Part shown: positions 18,113-28,558 of the stretch, piece by piece | Layout of the letters: each line of letters begins with the position of its first letter | How positions within the stretch are numbered: the first letter of the stretch is position 1 | Assembly (NCBI GenBank): GCA_963674745.2 | Contig: CAXXDV010000001.1 | Location: forward strand, 800,001 to 864,000 | Origin: Desulfosudaceae bacterium | GTDB taxonomy: Bacteria; Desulfobacterota; Desulfobacteria; Desulfobacterales; Desulfosudaceae | DNA: 64,000 nucleotides | Direction: 5' to 3' | The notes under the pieces: generated by a model | Told to the model about the DNA's origin: nothing | The model's input: only the letters and a program-made list of their open reading frames with translations | Database searches by the model: none | Made by a program: the position numbers and the translations under genes

Positions 18113-19588
18113 ATGGTGTTTTTACGTTTAAATAAAACCGTATTTTTTCTGGTCCTGTCGGCTTTTGTGCTGACACTTCCGCTTTCTGCAAAAGCCGCTG
18201 ATTCAAAGGCGAAGAGCCAAACCGGTTATGAAGACGTTTTGTCCGGGTTTGATCAGGACAGCCCGCTGGCCGAGGACATCCTGCCTACGACTGAAGACGA
18301 CAAAGACCTGGTTCCCTGGCTGGATATCAGCGGCGAATTGACCCTGTCCGGCGTCTGGAACGTCAACCATGACGCGCCGGAAGCCGACCAGACGGATTAC
18401 CGTGGTCTGTCCCGGTTGCGGACGGCTCTGGACCTGGTTCTGGAAGCCGACCTTTCAGATGCATGGCGGGCTCAGGTAAGCGGCAGGGGGTTTTATGATT
18501 TTGCTTACCATATCGAAGGTCATAGTGAGTTTACCCGGGAAGTTTTGGAAGAATACGAAGACGAACTGGAATTCCGGGAAACCTATGTCGAAGGACAGCT
18601 GTTACCCGGTTTTGATATCCGACTCGGACGGCAGATTATTATCTGGGGTAATTCAGAGACCTTCCGGGTAACGGACATTTTAAATCCCCTGGACAATCGT
18701 GATCCTGGCCTGGTCGACATTGAAGACCTGCGCCTGCCGGTCTGCATGGCCCGCATGGATTATCAGTGGCGGGCTGCTTCCGGTTACTACAACCTGACCG
18801 GGGTCGCCATCCCTGAGCAGCGGTTCAACAAAGACCCGGTTTACGGCAATGATTTTTATCCTCTTGATATGCCCCTTCCCCATGAAAAAATACCGGCCCA
18901 GAATTTTCAAAACAGTGATTACGCCCTGGGCTTTAAAGGTGTTTTTCAGCACTGGGACATTTCGCTGTATGGGGCCTATTATTACAATGACGATCCTTAT
19001 CTGAAAAAGATCGGTGAACAGGCCTATCCGATTCAAATGCCCGACGGCAGCGTCGTGTGGCAACAGGTCGATATCTATGAACAGTGGCACGCCCGCATCT
19101 GGATGGCCGGGCTGTCCACCAACATTGCCATGGGAGACTGGCTGTTGAAAGCTGAGCTGGCCCGGTCCGGTGGTTACAAATACGCCAATGCCATGAACAA
19201 AAAGTCGATAAGCAGTGGTTTGCTCGGCCTGGAATATATGGGTTTTACCAACACCACCCTGAGCCTGGAATGCACGGAGACAGGCATTCACGGATTTGTT
19301 GACGCCATGAAGGAGGCCCCGGACTTTGCCCTCTCAACACAATTTCAAACCGCCTTTCGTTTTACCCAGGACCGGATGCATGACCGGCTGGAGCTTGTCG
19401 TTTTGATTATGGCCCTGGGGGCAGACGCCAAGGAAGGCCTCATCGAGCGGCTTTCGGCTGCTTTTGATATCACCGACAACTTCACGGTAACGGCCGGGTG
19501 CATTTTTTATCAGGACGGTGACGAACCGATCTTTGAAGGTATTCATAAAAACAACCGGGGCTTTCTTGATTTTACGTACGCCTTTTAA
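18113..19588 (+). CDS. Putative outer-membrane beta-barrel (DUF1302-like)
   Basis: Signal peptide, RLGRQIIIWG, DILNPLD, C-terminal YAF. Confidence 0.75.
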   Translation: MVFLRLNKTVFFLVLSAFVLTLPLSAKAADSKAKSQTGYEDVLSGFDQDSPLAEDILPTTEDDKDLVPWLDISGELTLSGVWNVNHDAPEADQTDYRGLSRLRTALDLVLEADLSDAWRAQVSGRGFYDFAYHIEGHSEFTREVLEEYEDELEFRETYVEGQLLPGFDIRLGRQIIIWGNSETFRVTDILNPLDNRDPGLVDIEDLRLPVCMARMDYQWRAASGYYNLTGVAIPEQRFNKDPVYGNDFYPLDMPLPHEKIPAQNFQNSDYALGFKGVFQHWDISLYGAYYYNDDPYLKKIGEQAYPIQMPDGSVVWQQVDIYEQWHARIWMAGLSTNIAMGDWLLKAELARSGGYKYANAMNKKSISSGLLGLEYMGFTNTTLSLECTETGIHGFVDAMKEAPDFALSTQFQTAFRFTQDRMHDRLELVVLIMALGADAKEGLIERLSAAFDITDNFTVTAGCIFYQDGDEPIFEGIHKNNRGFLDFTYAF

Positions 19589-19602
19589 AAAGGAGGAACC
19601 TT

Positions 19603-20256
19603 ATGACTGACGCCACTATAGCCGCTTTTGACGGGCTCAGGGACCTGACCATGATCAAATGGTATGCCATTCCCCTGATGGCCCTGGTCTTTTATGTCTA
19701 TACCCGGGAAATAAAAGAAGCAAAAAATTCCGGCGACTGGAACGCCGTCCTGGCCGGACTGACCATCTTCGGGGTTGATTTCTTCAATGAAACCTGGAAC
19801 AGCTGGGTCATGTATCTGACCGGGCGATCGGCCTTCTGGACAACGCCCGGTGACACGGCCTTGCGGGTCTTTGTGGGCTGGAACCTGGAAATTATTTTCA
19901 TGTTTCTGATACTGGGCATTATCTATTATCACACCCTTTCGGAAAGCACCCGGGAAAAAATTATCGGCATTCCGGAAAAATGGTTCTGGGCCGTGGTTTA
20001 CGCGGCTTTCTGCGTGTTTATCGAATGCCTGCTGAACAAGGGGGGCCACCTGGTCTGGGAATATCCGTTCTGGAACCGCACTTTCGGCGGGGTCTGGCTG
20101 ATCTTTTTAATCGGGTATTTCCACTTCTTCTGTTTTGCGATTCTGGTAATTACCCGAAAAACATTAAAAACCAAATTGATTTGGGTCAGCATTATTTACG
20201 CCGTGCCGATTATCATGAACATCATCGGCCTGGGATTGCTTGGCTGGAAATATTAA
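19603..20256 (+). CDS. Integral membrane protein of unknown function
   Basis: 217-aa Trp-rich protein with several TM segments; AGGAGG RBS. Confidence 0.8.
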   Translation: MTDATIAAFDGLRDLTMIKWYAIPLMALVFYVYTREIKEAKNSGDWNAVLAGLTIFGVDFFNETWNSWVMYLTGRSAFWTTPGDTALRVFVGWNLEIIFMFLILGIIYYHTLSESTREKIIGIPEKWFWAVVYAAFCVFIECLLNKGGHLVWEYPFWNRTFGGVWLIFLIGYFHFFCFAILVITRKTLKTKLIWVSIIYAVPIIMNIIGLGLLGWKY

Positions 20257-20274
20257 CATACTCAAGGGGGAAAC

Positions 20275-21507
20275 ATGAGCGCTATTAGAGAGTGCGTGGT
20301 TGTCGACGCGGTTCGGTCACCGATCGGAAAATCCGGCTGGAAAGGAATGGAGAAAAACGGACAACTCTGCCAGGCATCGGCCCAGGACCTTCTGGCCAAC
20401 ACCATGCGCGGGTTGATTGACCGGGTCAAGGCCAAAGCACCTAATTTTGAAGAACGCGATATTGAAAATGTCATCGTTGGCTGTCTCTCCCAGATCGGAG
20501 AACAAGGCCTGAATATTGCCCGGGTGGCCTCTCTGTTGGCCAAAATTCCTCAGGAGGCGGCTGCCTGCACCGTGAACCAGTACTGTAACGCCGGCCTTAA
20601 ATCCATCAACATCGCCGCCCATGAAATTATGCTCGGTGAAGGAGATGTCATTGTCTGTTCAGGCGTGGAGATCATGTCTCACTACGGCATGGGAGCCGAT
20701 CTCAAGGTGGCCATGGAAGCACAATATCCTGTCCGGCTGTCCTCTCGCTTCGCGGAAACCGGCATGATCATCACCCAGGGACAATGCGCTGAAATGATTT
20801 CCGAAGGCCAGGGCCACACCCGGGAAGACCTGGACCGGTTCGGCGCCTGGAGCATGGCCAAGGCGGTCAAGGCCCGGCGCGAAGGCCTGTTTGACAATAT
20901 CATTCCCTTTGAACTGAGCTGGGCCAACGAAACCCGGACGATTGACACAGATGAAGTCCTGCGGGAAAAAGCGGCGGATGATCCTGACGGGTTCATGCAG
21001 GATCTGGCCCGGCTGCCGGCGCCGTTTAAAAGCGGTGGCATGGTGACGGCCGGGAATTCCTCCCAGATCGTGGACGGGGCGGCGGCGGTCCTGCTGATGA
21101 GCGCTGACAAGGCTGAGCAACTGGGCCTGGAACCGCTTTGCCGGATCTCATCCTGTGCCGTTTCCGGCGGGGAACCGGTACCCATGTTGCTGGCACCCAT
21201 CCCGGCCACGCAGAAAGCCCTGAAGCGGGCCGGCAAAACCATTGACGACATGGATGTCATCGAGCCCAACGAGGCTTTTGTGTCCCCGTTGATCCAGTTT
21301 GCCGACGACCTGGGTTATGACCGTATGGACGAGCGCGTCAACCCCACCGGCGGGGCTGTGGCGTTGGGCCACCCCATCGGTGCTTCCGGCGTCGTCTATT
21401 TCGGCGAAATGTGCCGGCACCTTAAGCGGATCAAGGGCCGGGCCGGCGTGCAGATGATGTGCGGCGGCGGCGGGGTCGGCATCGCCACGGTGGTTGAAGC
21501 GGTTTAA
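20275..21507 (+). CDS. Thiolase (acetyl-CoA C-acyltransferase)
   Basis: Catalytic Cys in VNQYC, NEAF, GHPIGASG, CGGGG. Confidence 0.93.
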   Translation: MSAIRECVVVDAVRSPIGKSGWKGMEKNGQLCQASAQDLLANTMRGLIDRVKAKAPNFEERDIENVIVGCLSQIGEQGLNIARVASLLAKIPQEAAACTVNQYCNAGLKSINIAAHEIMLGEGDVIVCSGVEIMSHYGMGADLKVAMEAQYPVRLSSRFAETGMIITQGQCAEMISEGQGHTREDLDRFGAWSMAKAVKARREGLFDNIIPFELSWANETRTIDTDEVLREKAADDPDGFMQDLARLPAPFKSGGMVTAGNSSQIVDGAAAVLLMSADKAEQLGLEPLCRISSCAVSGGEPVPMLLAPIPATQKALKRAGKTIDDMDVIEPNEAFVSPLIQFADDLGYDRMDERVNPTGGAVALGHPIGASGVVYFGEMCRHLKRIKGRAGVQMMCGGGGVGIATVVEAV

Positions 21508-21517
21508 AGGAGATTTT

Positions 21518-22411
21518 ATGGCCAGCAAGGAAATGGAAGACATCATTCGTTTTTTACAGCAATCCCGGCAAAAGGGGCGGCAACCGGATGTGGCCGCCAT
21601 CCGGGCCGGCCTGGATCAGTTATCCGCCATGGCGCCCCCGTTTGAGGGTGTCGATTTGCAGACAGTTGATGCCGGGGGCGTGCCGGCCGAATGGGTTTTT
21701 GTGCCGGGCAATGAAGAAAACGATATTATTTTATATTTTCACGGCGGCGGGTATACTGCCGGGTCCCTTGCCACTCACCGCGATTTGGTCAGCCGTCTGG
21801 CCAAAGAAACCGGTCGTCGTGTTCTGGCCGCCGATTACCGGCTGGCGCCGGAGCATCCCTTTCCGGCGGCAGTCGAAGACGCCGTGGCTGTTTATCGCTG
21901 GTTACTAAACGACAAAGGACTGGCACCGGATAAAATTGTTGTGGGCGGTGATTCGGCGGGCGGCGGCTTGACCCTGGCGGCCCTGGTCAAGTTAAGGGAT
22001 GCCGGTGATCCGCTTCCCCGGGCCGCTTTCTGCCTGTCTCCCTGGACCGACCTGGCCGTTACCGGCGAATCGGTAACCGCCAAAGCAGAAGCAGACCCGT
22101 TTATTGAACCACAGGCCCTGACCTATCTGGCCGACCAATACCTTCAGGGAGCAGACCCCCGAACCCCCCTGGCCTCACCGCTTTACGCGGATTTAACCGG
22201 GTTGCCGCCATTACTGATCCAGGTGGGCGAACGGGAATGCCTGCTCGATGACGCCAGGCGCCTGGGGGATAAGGCGGAAGCCGCCGGGGTTGATGTTACC
22301 ATTGATGTCTGGGATGAGATGATTCACGTTTTCCAGTCTTTTGCCCCGGTGACACCGGAAGGTAAGGCCGGCATCCGCCGCATCGCCGAATACGTGGAGG
22401 GGTTGTCTTAA
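21518..22411 (+). CDS. Alpha/beta hydrolase esterase, HSL family
   Basis: HGGG, DYRLAPEHPFPAA and GDSAGG motifs. Confidence 0.93.
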   Translation: MASKEMEDIIRFLQQSRQKGRQPDVAAIRAGLDQLSAMAPPFEGVDLQTVDAGGVPAEWVFVPGNEENDIILYFHGGGYTAGSLATHRDLVSRLAKETGRRVLAADYRLAPEHPFPAAVEDAVAVYRWLLNDKGLAPDKIVVGGDSAGGGLTLAALVKLRDAGDPLPRAAFCLSPWTDLAVTGESVTAKAEADPFIEPQALTYLADQYLQGADPRTPLASPLYADLTGLPPLLIQVGERECLLDDARRLGDKAEAAGVDVTIDVWDEMIHVFQSFAPVTPEGKAGIRRIAEYVEGLS

Positions 22412-23304
22412 AGGCGAAAATATTTATCGCCTTCACGGCCGGCCAGTCCCTTGGCGACAAGATGCGCCAGATGCTTTTCGGCCATGCCCCGCTCGCCGAA
22501 CATGAAAAAGGCCTCCGGCTGACGGGGCTTTTTATAGATAAACCATTGTCCAACAACCTCTTCCAGTGTTTTAGGGCCTTCCAGAAAATGGATGATTTTT
22601 TCTTCCCGTTCATCAATTACACCCAGATAGGCCTCGGCCAGTGGGCGGATATCGCCTGAAAGAACCCCCATATTGTGGGAGGTAATATAAACACGGGCGG
22701 GGATATCCATCAGACGCTTGACCGAACTGATGGTATCATCGATATCAGACACCCGGTCACCGTACCAGGGGCCAAAGGCCGTCATATCCAGGTCTCCGGT
22801 AAACAGCACGCCTTCCTGTTCGCAATACAGGCTGATATGTCCGGGTGTATGACCCGGGGTGTGAATAACGGTCAACCGGGTTTCACCGAACTCGAGGATG
22901 TCCCCATCGACGAGCTCACGCTCCGGGACCCTTGCTTTGAAGTTAAACGACTCCACCAGAATCTGTTTCCAGAAAACCGCTTCTTCCGAGTCTTCATCCA
23001 CCCCGTAAGCATCAAGCAATTTGCCCAGGGAGGAAAAACAAAGGGCATCTTCAACATGAACAAGCAATCTGGCATCGGCAAACAAGTGATTGAAGGTAAA
23101 ATGGTCTTCATGGTAGTGGGAGTTGATCAGCATGTCATCCGGACCGGTTCGCAAAAGCGCTGCCAGTGCGGCTTCGTCTGAAGCGGGATCAACAATACCT
23201 TTGATGTCATCATCGACGTAGAGGGAATTGCAGAAAGGATATTTACCGGAATTGTTGCCCGGTATGAAGACCAGCTTACCGAACCGTTGCGTTTCCATCG
23301 TCAT
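22408..23304 (-). CDS. Metallo-beta-lactamase fold hydrolase
   Basis: SHYHEDH, HTPGHTPGH and FTGD motifs. Confidence 0.9.
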   Translation of the reverse strand: MTMETQRFGKLVFIPGNNSGKYPFCNSLYVDDDIKGIVDPASDEAALAALLRTGPDDMLINSHYHEDHFTFNHLFADARLLVHVEDALCFSSLGKLLDAYGVDEDSEEAVFWKQILVESFNFKARVPERELVDGDILEFGETRLTVIHTPGHTPGHISLYCEQEGVLFTGDLDMTAFGPWYGDRVSDIDDTISSVKRLMDIPARVYITSHNMGVLSGDIRPLAEAYLGVIDEREEKIIHFLEGPKTLEEVVGQWFIYKKPRQPEAFFMFGERGMAEKHLAHLVAKGLAGREGDKYFRL

Positions 23305-23412
23305 CTCCTTCTACGCTGCAAAACCACGCCGCTTACAGATTATCCCGGGAAATGGTCGGCCGGGACGTTAACCGCATAAAACTTAACACCTGAGACATTA
23401 TCGCCCTTAAAC

Positions 23413-23476
23413 CGAACCCCTCAAACCCCGACCACATAAACACTTAAACACTTAACCACTTAATCACCTAAAACTT
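23413..23476. repeat. Degenerate octamer tandem repeat (~8 units)
   Basis: cgaacccc tcaaaccc cgaccaca taaacact taaacact taaccact taatcacc taaaactt. Confidence 0.7.
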
Positions 23477-23798
23477 CCACGGAGTAATGTTGCTCATAAG
23501 GTTGATCCCGAACGGTGCCCGGATGGGACGCTTAGATCCTTATTAACACAAAACGATTTATACCGACAAGCAGTAAAGCGGTTAATTACTTAAAAATATC
23601 TTGCTTTTCACTTTCTTATCAATTAAAAGGATAAAAGAGTCATTCTGTTAGTTCAGCATGAGCATGTTTCGCTCCCGCGTGAAGCTTTAAATATAGGCCG
23701 TTCAGCCAGTGAAAATCTGTAAGGAATAAAGCAATGGGATTACTTTGGTCGTAGCGAAGGCTTTTCCTTTTACTAAACCATTTTAAAGGAGGTCACTT

Positions 23799-24185
23799 AT
23801 GGCAGGAAAAACAAAAGCCGTGTCAATGGATGCCGCGTTTAAATCTTTATTACGGAATTTCGATATTCCCAGCAAAAAGGATATAGACAAACTGAATGCT
23901 AAAATTGATCGGCTGGAAAAAATGATTAAAAAATCGGCTGCCGCACAATCAACTGCCGGCAGAAAGCCGAAAAAAGAGCAAAACAAAGGTAAGACCGGCG
24001 CCCGGCGGCTATCTGCAACCAGCGTTGTCATGGAAAGCATCAAGAGAAGCAAAAAAGGAGCCGACTTTTCCACGTTGCAGGCCAAGACCGGTTTTGACGA
24101 AAAAAAGCTCCGCAATATTATTTTCAGACTGCACAAACTTGAAAAGATCAAACGCGTGGGCCGGGGCCTCTATACGGCGGCTTAA
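23799..24185 (+). CDS. Small basic protein: phasin-like coiled coil plus C-terminal winged-HTH
   Basis: AGGAGG RBS; DIPSKKDIDKLNAKIDRLE; K/R-rich linker; LQAKTGFDEKKLRNIIFRL...RVGRGLY. Confidence 0.75.
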   Translation: MAGKTKAVSMDAAFKSLLRNFDIPSKKDIDKLNAKIDRLEKMIKKSAAAQSTAGRKPKKEQNKGKTGARRLSATSVVMESIKRSKKGADFSTLQAKTGFDEKKLRNIIFRLHKLEKIKRVGRGLYTAA

Positions 24186-24286
24186 CCTGTCGCATGATGA
24201 AAATTCCTTAATCGCTAATTAATACCGGTGGTGCCGGGCTGATAAAGGCCTGCAAACGCACACCGCAACCTGACGTGGAGATGGAA

Positions 24287-27256
24287 ATGATTGACAGCGG
24301 AGTCGTCCTGGCCGAAGGGGATAAATGTTGTGGTTATACTGTAAAAAAAATCATCCCCTACAAAGAAATCAACGCCCTTATTTACGAACTTGAACATATT
24401 GCCACCGGTGCCAGACACCTGCACGTTGCCACCGAAGACAGCGAAAACTGCTTTTCCGTCGCATTTAAAACCATTCCAAATGACTCGACCGGTGTGGCCC
24501 ATATCCTGGAGCATACTATTTTATGCGGGTCAAAAAAATATCCTGTCCGTGATCCCTTCTTCTCCATGATCAAAAGGAGTTTAAACTCCTTTATGAATGC
24601 CCTGACGGCGTCCGACTGGACCATGTATCCCTTTGCAACGCCCAACCGGAAAGATTTTTATAATTTAATGGACGTTTATCTGGACGCGGTTTTCTTCCCC
24701 AAACTCGACGAATTAAGTTTCAAGCAGGAGGGGCACCGGCTTGAAATTGTCCCTTCCGAAAAAGGCGTGGATGACGACACGCTGACATTCCAGGGTGTGG
24801 TTTATAATGAAATGCAAGGGGCGATGTCCTCACCGGACCAGGTTTTATCCCGTGCGCTGATGAGCGAGCTCTATCCGGACACCACCTATCGCTTCAATTC
24901 CGGCGGCGACCCCGACGTGATTCCCACCCTGACGCATCAGCAGTTAATCGATTTTCACCGTCGCTATTACCATCCCAGCAACGCTTATTTTTATACTTAC
25001 GGCAATATTCCCCTGGCTGAGAACCTTGATTTTATTTCAAGCAAGGTATTGGCCGGCGTTGAACGCATAGATCCCGGCACCGACGTTCCTACACAGCCCA
25101 GGTGGCAAAATCCCCGGGCGGCGTCCTGCCCTTACGCCATTTCACCGGAAGAAGAAAATGTTGCCCAAAAACACCAGCTTTGCGTAGCCTGGTTGACTGC
25201 CGATATCCTTGAAAGTTTTGAGGTCATGTCATTGATCATCCTGGAACAGGTACTTATGGGTAATCCGGCATCCCCGCTTTACAAAGCGCTGATCGATTCG
25301 GGGCTGGGGAGTTCGTTGTGTGACGGCGCCGGATTTTCCGCCGACATCAGAGACACCATGTTCGCCTGTGGCTTAAAAGACATCAAACAGGAAGACGCCC
25401 AGGCTGTTGAGACCATTATCCTGGATACGCTCCAGCACCTGGCCGATAACGGCATCGACAGGGAACTCGTTGATTCAGCGGTTCATCAGATTGAATTTTA
25501 CCGCAAAGAAATCACCAACACCCCTTATCCATTCGGTGTTAAACTTTTTTTAACCCTGTCCGGAAGCTGGTTTCACGGCACCCCCCCGGAAGAAATTTTC
25601 GAAATCGATCCTTATATTAAACGACTTTATGATGAAATGGCCAAAGGACCGTTTTTAGAAAGCCAGATCCGAAGATGGTTTCTGGACAACCCCCATCGGG
25701 TGACGTTTACGCTCTACCCGGATGTTAAATTGAGCGACCGCCAGGAAGCCCGGACCGCCGATACCCTGAAAGAAATCAGGCAATCGTTGTCAACTCCGGA
25801 TATGGAGAAAATCAACACGGAAACGGAACGTTTGAACACACTTCAGGAGACCGAAGAAGACCTTTCAGTACTGCCGACCCTGGAATTAACGGACATTCCC
25901 CCTGAAGTTCAGACAACTCCGACATCGCCCCGGACATCATCCATCTTTTGTTTTCCTCAGCCGACTTCAGGCATTTTCTATTTTTCCGCCGCTGCCGGCG
26001 CGGCCGGGCTTGACGACAAACTTTTTCCTCTGGTGCCTTTTTTCTGCGCTGCTTTGCCGAGGATGGGCACACGCACCCGTGACTACCTGGAAATGGCCCG
26101 GCTGATAGATCTGCATACCGGCGGTATCGGTATGTCGGCGCAGGCGCACACAACCTATACTGAAGCAGGCGGCTGCACGTCTTATGTATCGTTCTCCGGC
26201 AAGTGCCTGGAGCGGAAACAGGATAAAATGTTTGACCTCATCCGGGAAATGCTTTGTGAATTCGATTTTTCAAATCTCGAGCGCTTGAAACAGCTGCTCC
26301 TGGAATACCGGGCCGGGCTGGAATCTTCAGTAATACATAACGGCCATCGGTTGGCCATCTCCCTGGCTTCACGCAATTTTTCGCCTTCATCGGCGTTCTC
26401 AGAACAATGGTACGGCATTCACCAGCTACAATATATAAAATCCCTTACCACCGACCTTGACGACATGACACTGTCTGCAATATCCGACAAACTGGCGACA
26501 ATAGCCGATGTGATTTTGACATGCGATAATCTGAAAACCGGATTGACCGGCCCGGAACATGTGCTGGAACCGGCCGTTTCTTTTGCCCAATCCCTGTCAG
26601 AGGCGATGGGAACAGCCTCGCCGGAAATAAGGTTTAACGTCAATAACCCGCCGTCATCTTCTGGAATACCCGTTGAAGGCTGGAGTACATCCACGGCTGT
26701 GTCCTTTGTGGCTTCGATGTTCAAGGCGGTGCGCCAGGGCCACCCTGGCGCACCGGCCCTGGCCGTTATCAGCAAACTGCTGAGATCCTCTTTTCTACAT
26801 CGGGAAATCCGTGAAAAAGGCGGTGCCTATGGCGGGTTTGCGGTTTACAACTCAGAGGACGGCCACTTCGGTTTTGCTTCATATCGGGACCCTCACATTA
26901 CCAATACCCTGAATGTCTATCGCCGGGCGGTTGACTTTATCCAGTCGGACAATTTCAGTGATGAGGAAATCAAGGAGTCCATCCTGCAGGTCTGCTCGGA
27001 CATCGATCGGCCAACAACTCCGGCGGAAAAGGGCCTCCGGGGTTTTCAACGCCAGCTCCTGGGGTTGACCGACGAGCAGCGGCAGGCGTTCAAAGAAGGT
27101 GTGCTGGCGGTCACCAAAGAGACGGTCATCAATACCGCCTGCGATCTTTTTCCGAATGATCCGGGGCAATATGCTGTGGCGGTGATCTCGGGCAAGGATA
27201 AGCTTGAAGCAGCCAATAATGAACTGCCCTCACCGTTGACGCTTCATAAAATTTAA
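24287..27256 (+). CDS. Insulinase family M16C metallopeptidase (PreP-like)
   Basis: Inverted zinc motif HILEH; GVVYNEMQG; IREKGGAYG; start codon uncertain. Confidence 0.93.
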   Translation: MIDSGVVLAEGDKCCGYTVKKIIPYKEINALIYELEHIATGARHLHVATEDSENCFSVAFKTIPNDSTGVAHILEHTILCGSKKYPVRDPFFSMIKRSLNSFMNALTASDWTMYPFATPNRKDFYNLMDVYLDAVFFPKLDELSFKQEGHRLEIVPSEKGVDDDTLTFQGVVYNEMQGAMSSPDQVLSRALMSELYPDTTYRFNSGGDPDVIPTLTHQQLIDFHRRYYHPSNAYFYTYGNIPLAENLDFISSKVLAGVERIDPGTDVPTQPRWQNPRAASCPYAISPEEENVAQKHQLCVAWLTADILESFEVMSLIILEQVLMGNPASPLYKALIDSGLGSSLCDGAGFSADIRDTMFACGLKDIKQEDAQAVETIILDTLQHLADNGIDRELVDSAVHQIEFYRKEITNTPYPFGVKLFLTLSGSWFHGTPPEEIFEIDPYIKRLYDEMAKGPFLESQIRRWFLDNPHRVTFTLYPDVKLSDRQEARTADTLKEIRQSLSTPDMEKINTETERLNTLQETEEDLSVLPTLELTDIPPEVQTTPTSPRTSSIFCFPQPTSGIFYFSAAAGAAGLDDKLFPLVPFFCAALPRMGTRTRDYLEMARLIDLHTGGIGMSAQAHTTYTEAGGCTSYVSFSGKCLERKQDKMFDLIREMLCEFDFSNLERLKQLLLEYRAGLESSVIHNGHRLAISLASRNFSPSSAFSEQWYGIHQLQYIKSLTTDLDDMTLSAISDKLATIADVILTCDNLKTGLTGPEHVLEPAVSFAQSLSEAMGTASPEIRFNVNNPPSSSGIPVEGWSTSTAVSFVASMFKAVRQGHPGAPALAVISKLLRSSFLHREIREKGGAYGGFAVYNSEDGHFGFASYRDPHITNTLNVYRRAVDFIQSDNFSDEEIKESILQVCSDIDRPTTPAEKGLRGFQRQLLGLTDEQRQAFKEGVLAVTKETVINTACDLFPNDPGQYAVAVISGKDKLEAANNELPSPLTLHKI

Positions 27257-27301
27257 TAGCGGATGGCCTGTCGGCAGTGTTGCAGGCTGCTCGCAGATGT
27301 T

Positions 27302-27360
27302 GTAGGGGCGGCCCCCTGTGGCCGCCCGACAAAAGGGCACCCACAGGGGGGTGCCCCTAC
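27302..27360. repeat. REP-like inverted doublet, type A
   Basis: gtaggggcggccccctgtggccgccc ... agggcacccacaggggggtgcccctac. Confidence 0.9.
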
Positions 27361-27423
27361 ATTAGCACACGTCCAGCGGCATGAAAAAGGGACCATCGGA
27401 CAACGCCTTTCCTGGATTTTTTA

Positions 27424-28275
27424 TTAAGCCATCACTATGCCGGCGTAGCCGACAAAACTGTCACCGGGACTAACATCATAACTGGTGGCATATTCGGTAA
27501 GTTTGGCGGTACTAGCGCCGAGTGCCTTGCCGGCGGCAATGGCCGCGGCCACCGCACCGGAGCAGCAGGCATTCTGGCTGCCTAGCGCTTCTTCAATGAC
27601 CGGCATGGGGTCCATGGCCAGCATCCTATCGATGATGCGACGGTCTTCGTTTTCTCTCACCTGGTTGTGGGCGTTGTCGCCGGTCCCGTAATGGGTCAGG
27701 CGGAAATTGGCCCCATAATGGGTCAGGTCGGTTGATCCCACCACAGCAATGCGCCGTTTACGTTCTGCCGCGATTTCGACAACCGCCTCTGCAATCTCCA
27801 GGGCGACCGGTGATGGGGGTACTCCCATGGGAACGATTTTAGTGTCTTTAAAAAAATATTTGATAAACGGCAACTGCAATTCAATCGTATTGTCCTGGGA
27901 GAAGTTACGGACAGTTTCTTCACGAAACAAAAACCGGTCGATCAACTCACGGCCAAGGACGTCATCCACTTCAAGGGCACCAAACGGGGTTTCAATCGCG
28001 CCTGAGGCCATGATGCGCGGCGTGGCCCCCGGATGCATGTGCATGCCGAAAACAATAACCGTATCCGGAACCGCTGACCGGGTCAGCAGGGATATGGCCC
28101 GGCAGGCGATGCCGCCCGAGTAGACCCATCCGGCGTGGGGCACGATCACCCCGACCGGATCTTTTTCCAGCCCCCGGCCGATATCCTTTTCAAGAAACCG
28201 CTTGATCTGACGTTCGCACTCCCCGGCAGATGCCGGATACCAACTGCCCGCAAAAACGGTCGGCCTCACGTCCAT
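27424..28275 (-). CDS. amrB: AmmeMemoRadiSam system protein B (MEMO1 family)
   Basis: RPTVFAGSWYP, PHAGWVYSG, IELQLPF, STDLTHYG, VGYAG. Confidence 0.88.
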   Translation of the reverse strand: MDVRPTVFAGSWYPASAGECERQIKRFLEKDIGRGLEKDPVGVIVPHAGWVYSGGIACRAISLLTRSAVPDTVIVFGMHMHPGATPRIMASGAIETPFGALEVDDVLGRELIDRFLFREETVRNFSQDNTIELQLPFIKYFFKDTKIVPMGVPPSPVALEIAEAVVEIAAERKRRIAVVGSTDLTHYGANFRLTHYGTGDNAHNQVRENEDRRIIDRMLAMDPMPVIEEALGSQNACCSGAVAAAIAAGKALGASTAKLTEYATSYDVSPGDSFVGYAGIVMA

Positions 28276-28421
28276 GGGTTACCCCCCTTACTTATCGGTT
28301 AAAAAATAAAACCATTTTACCCGCTTCGCAAATATTTTGGGTGATCTCAAGGAATCTTTTTAAGCAGACTGTTTCACGTGTTGAATTGAACCTTTATACA
28401 AGGTGCAAAACGGATTAACAT

Positions 28422-28479
28422 ATAGGGGCACCCCCCTGTGGGTGCTCTTCACCGGGCAGGCACGGGGGCCTGCCCCTAC
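28422..28479. repeat. REP-like inverted doublet, type B
   Basis: ataggggcacccccctgtgggtgctc ... gggcaggcacgggggcctgcccctac. Confidence 0.85.
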
Positions 28480-28558
28480 AACATTTACGAGTGATCGACA
28501 GCGCAACGATGCCGGCAGCCTTGCTGCAATTGGGCGTTTTACGCGGCCAGCCTGCCAG

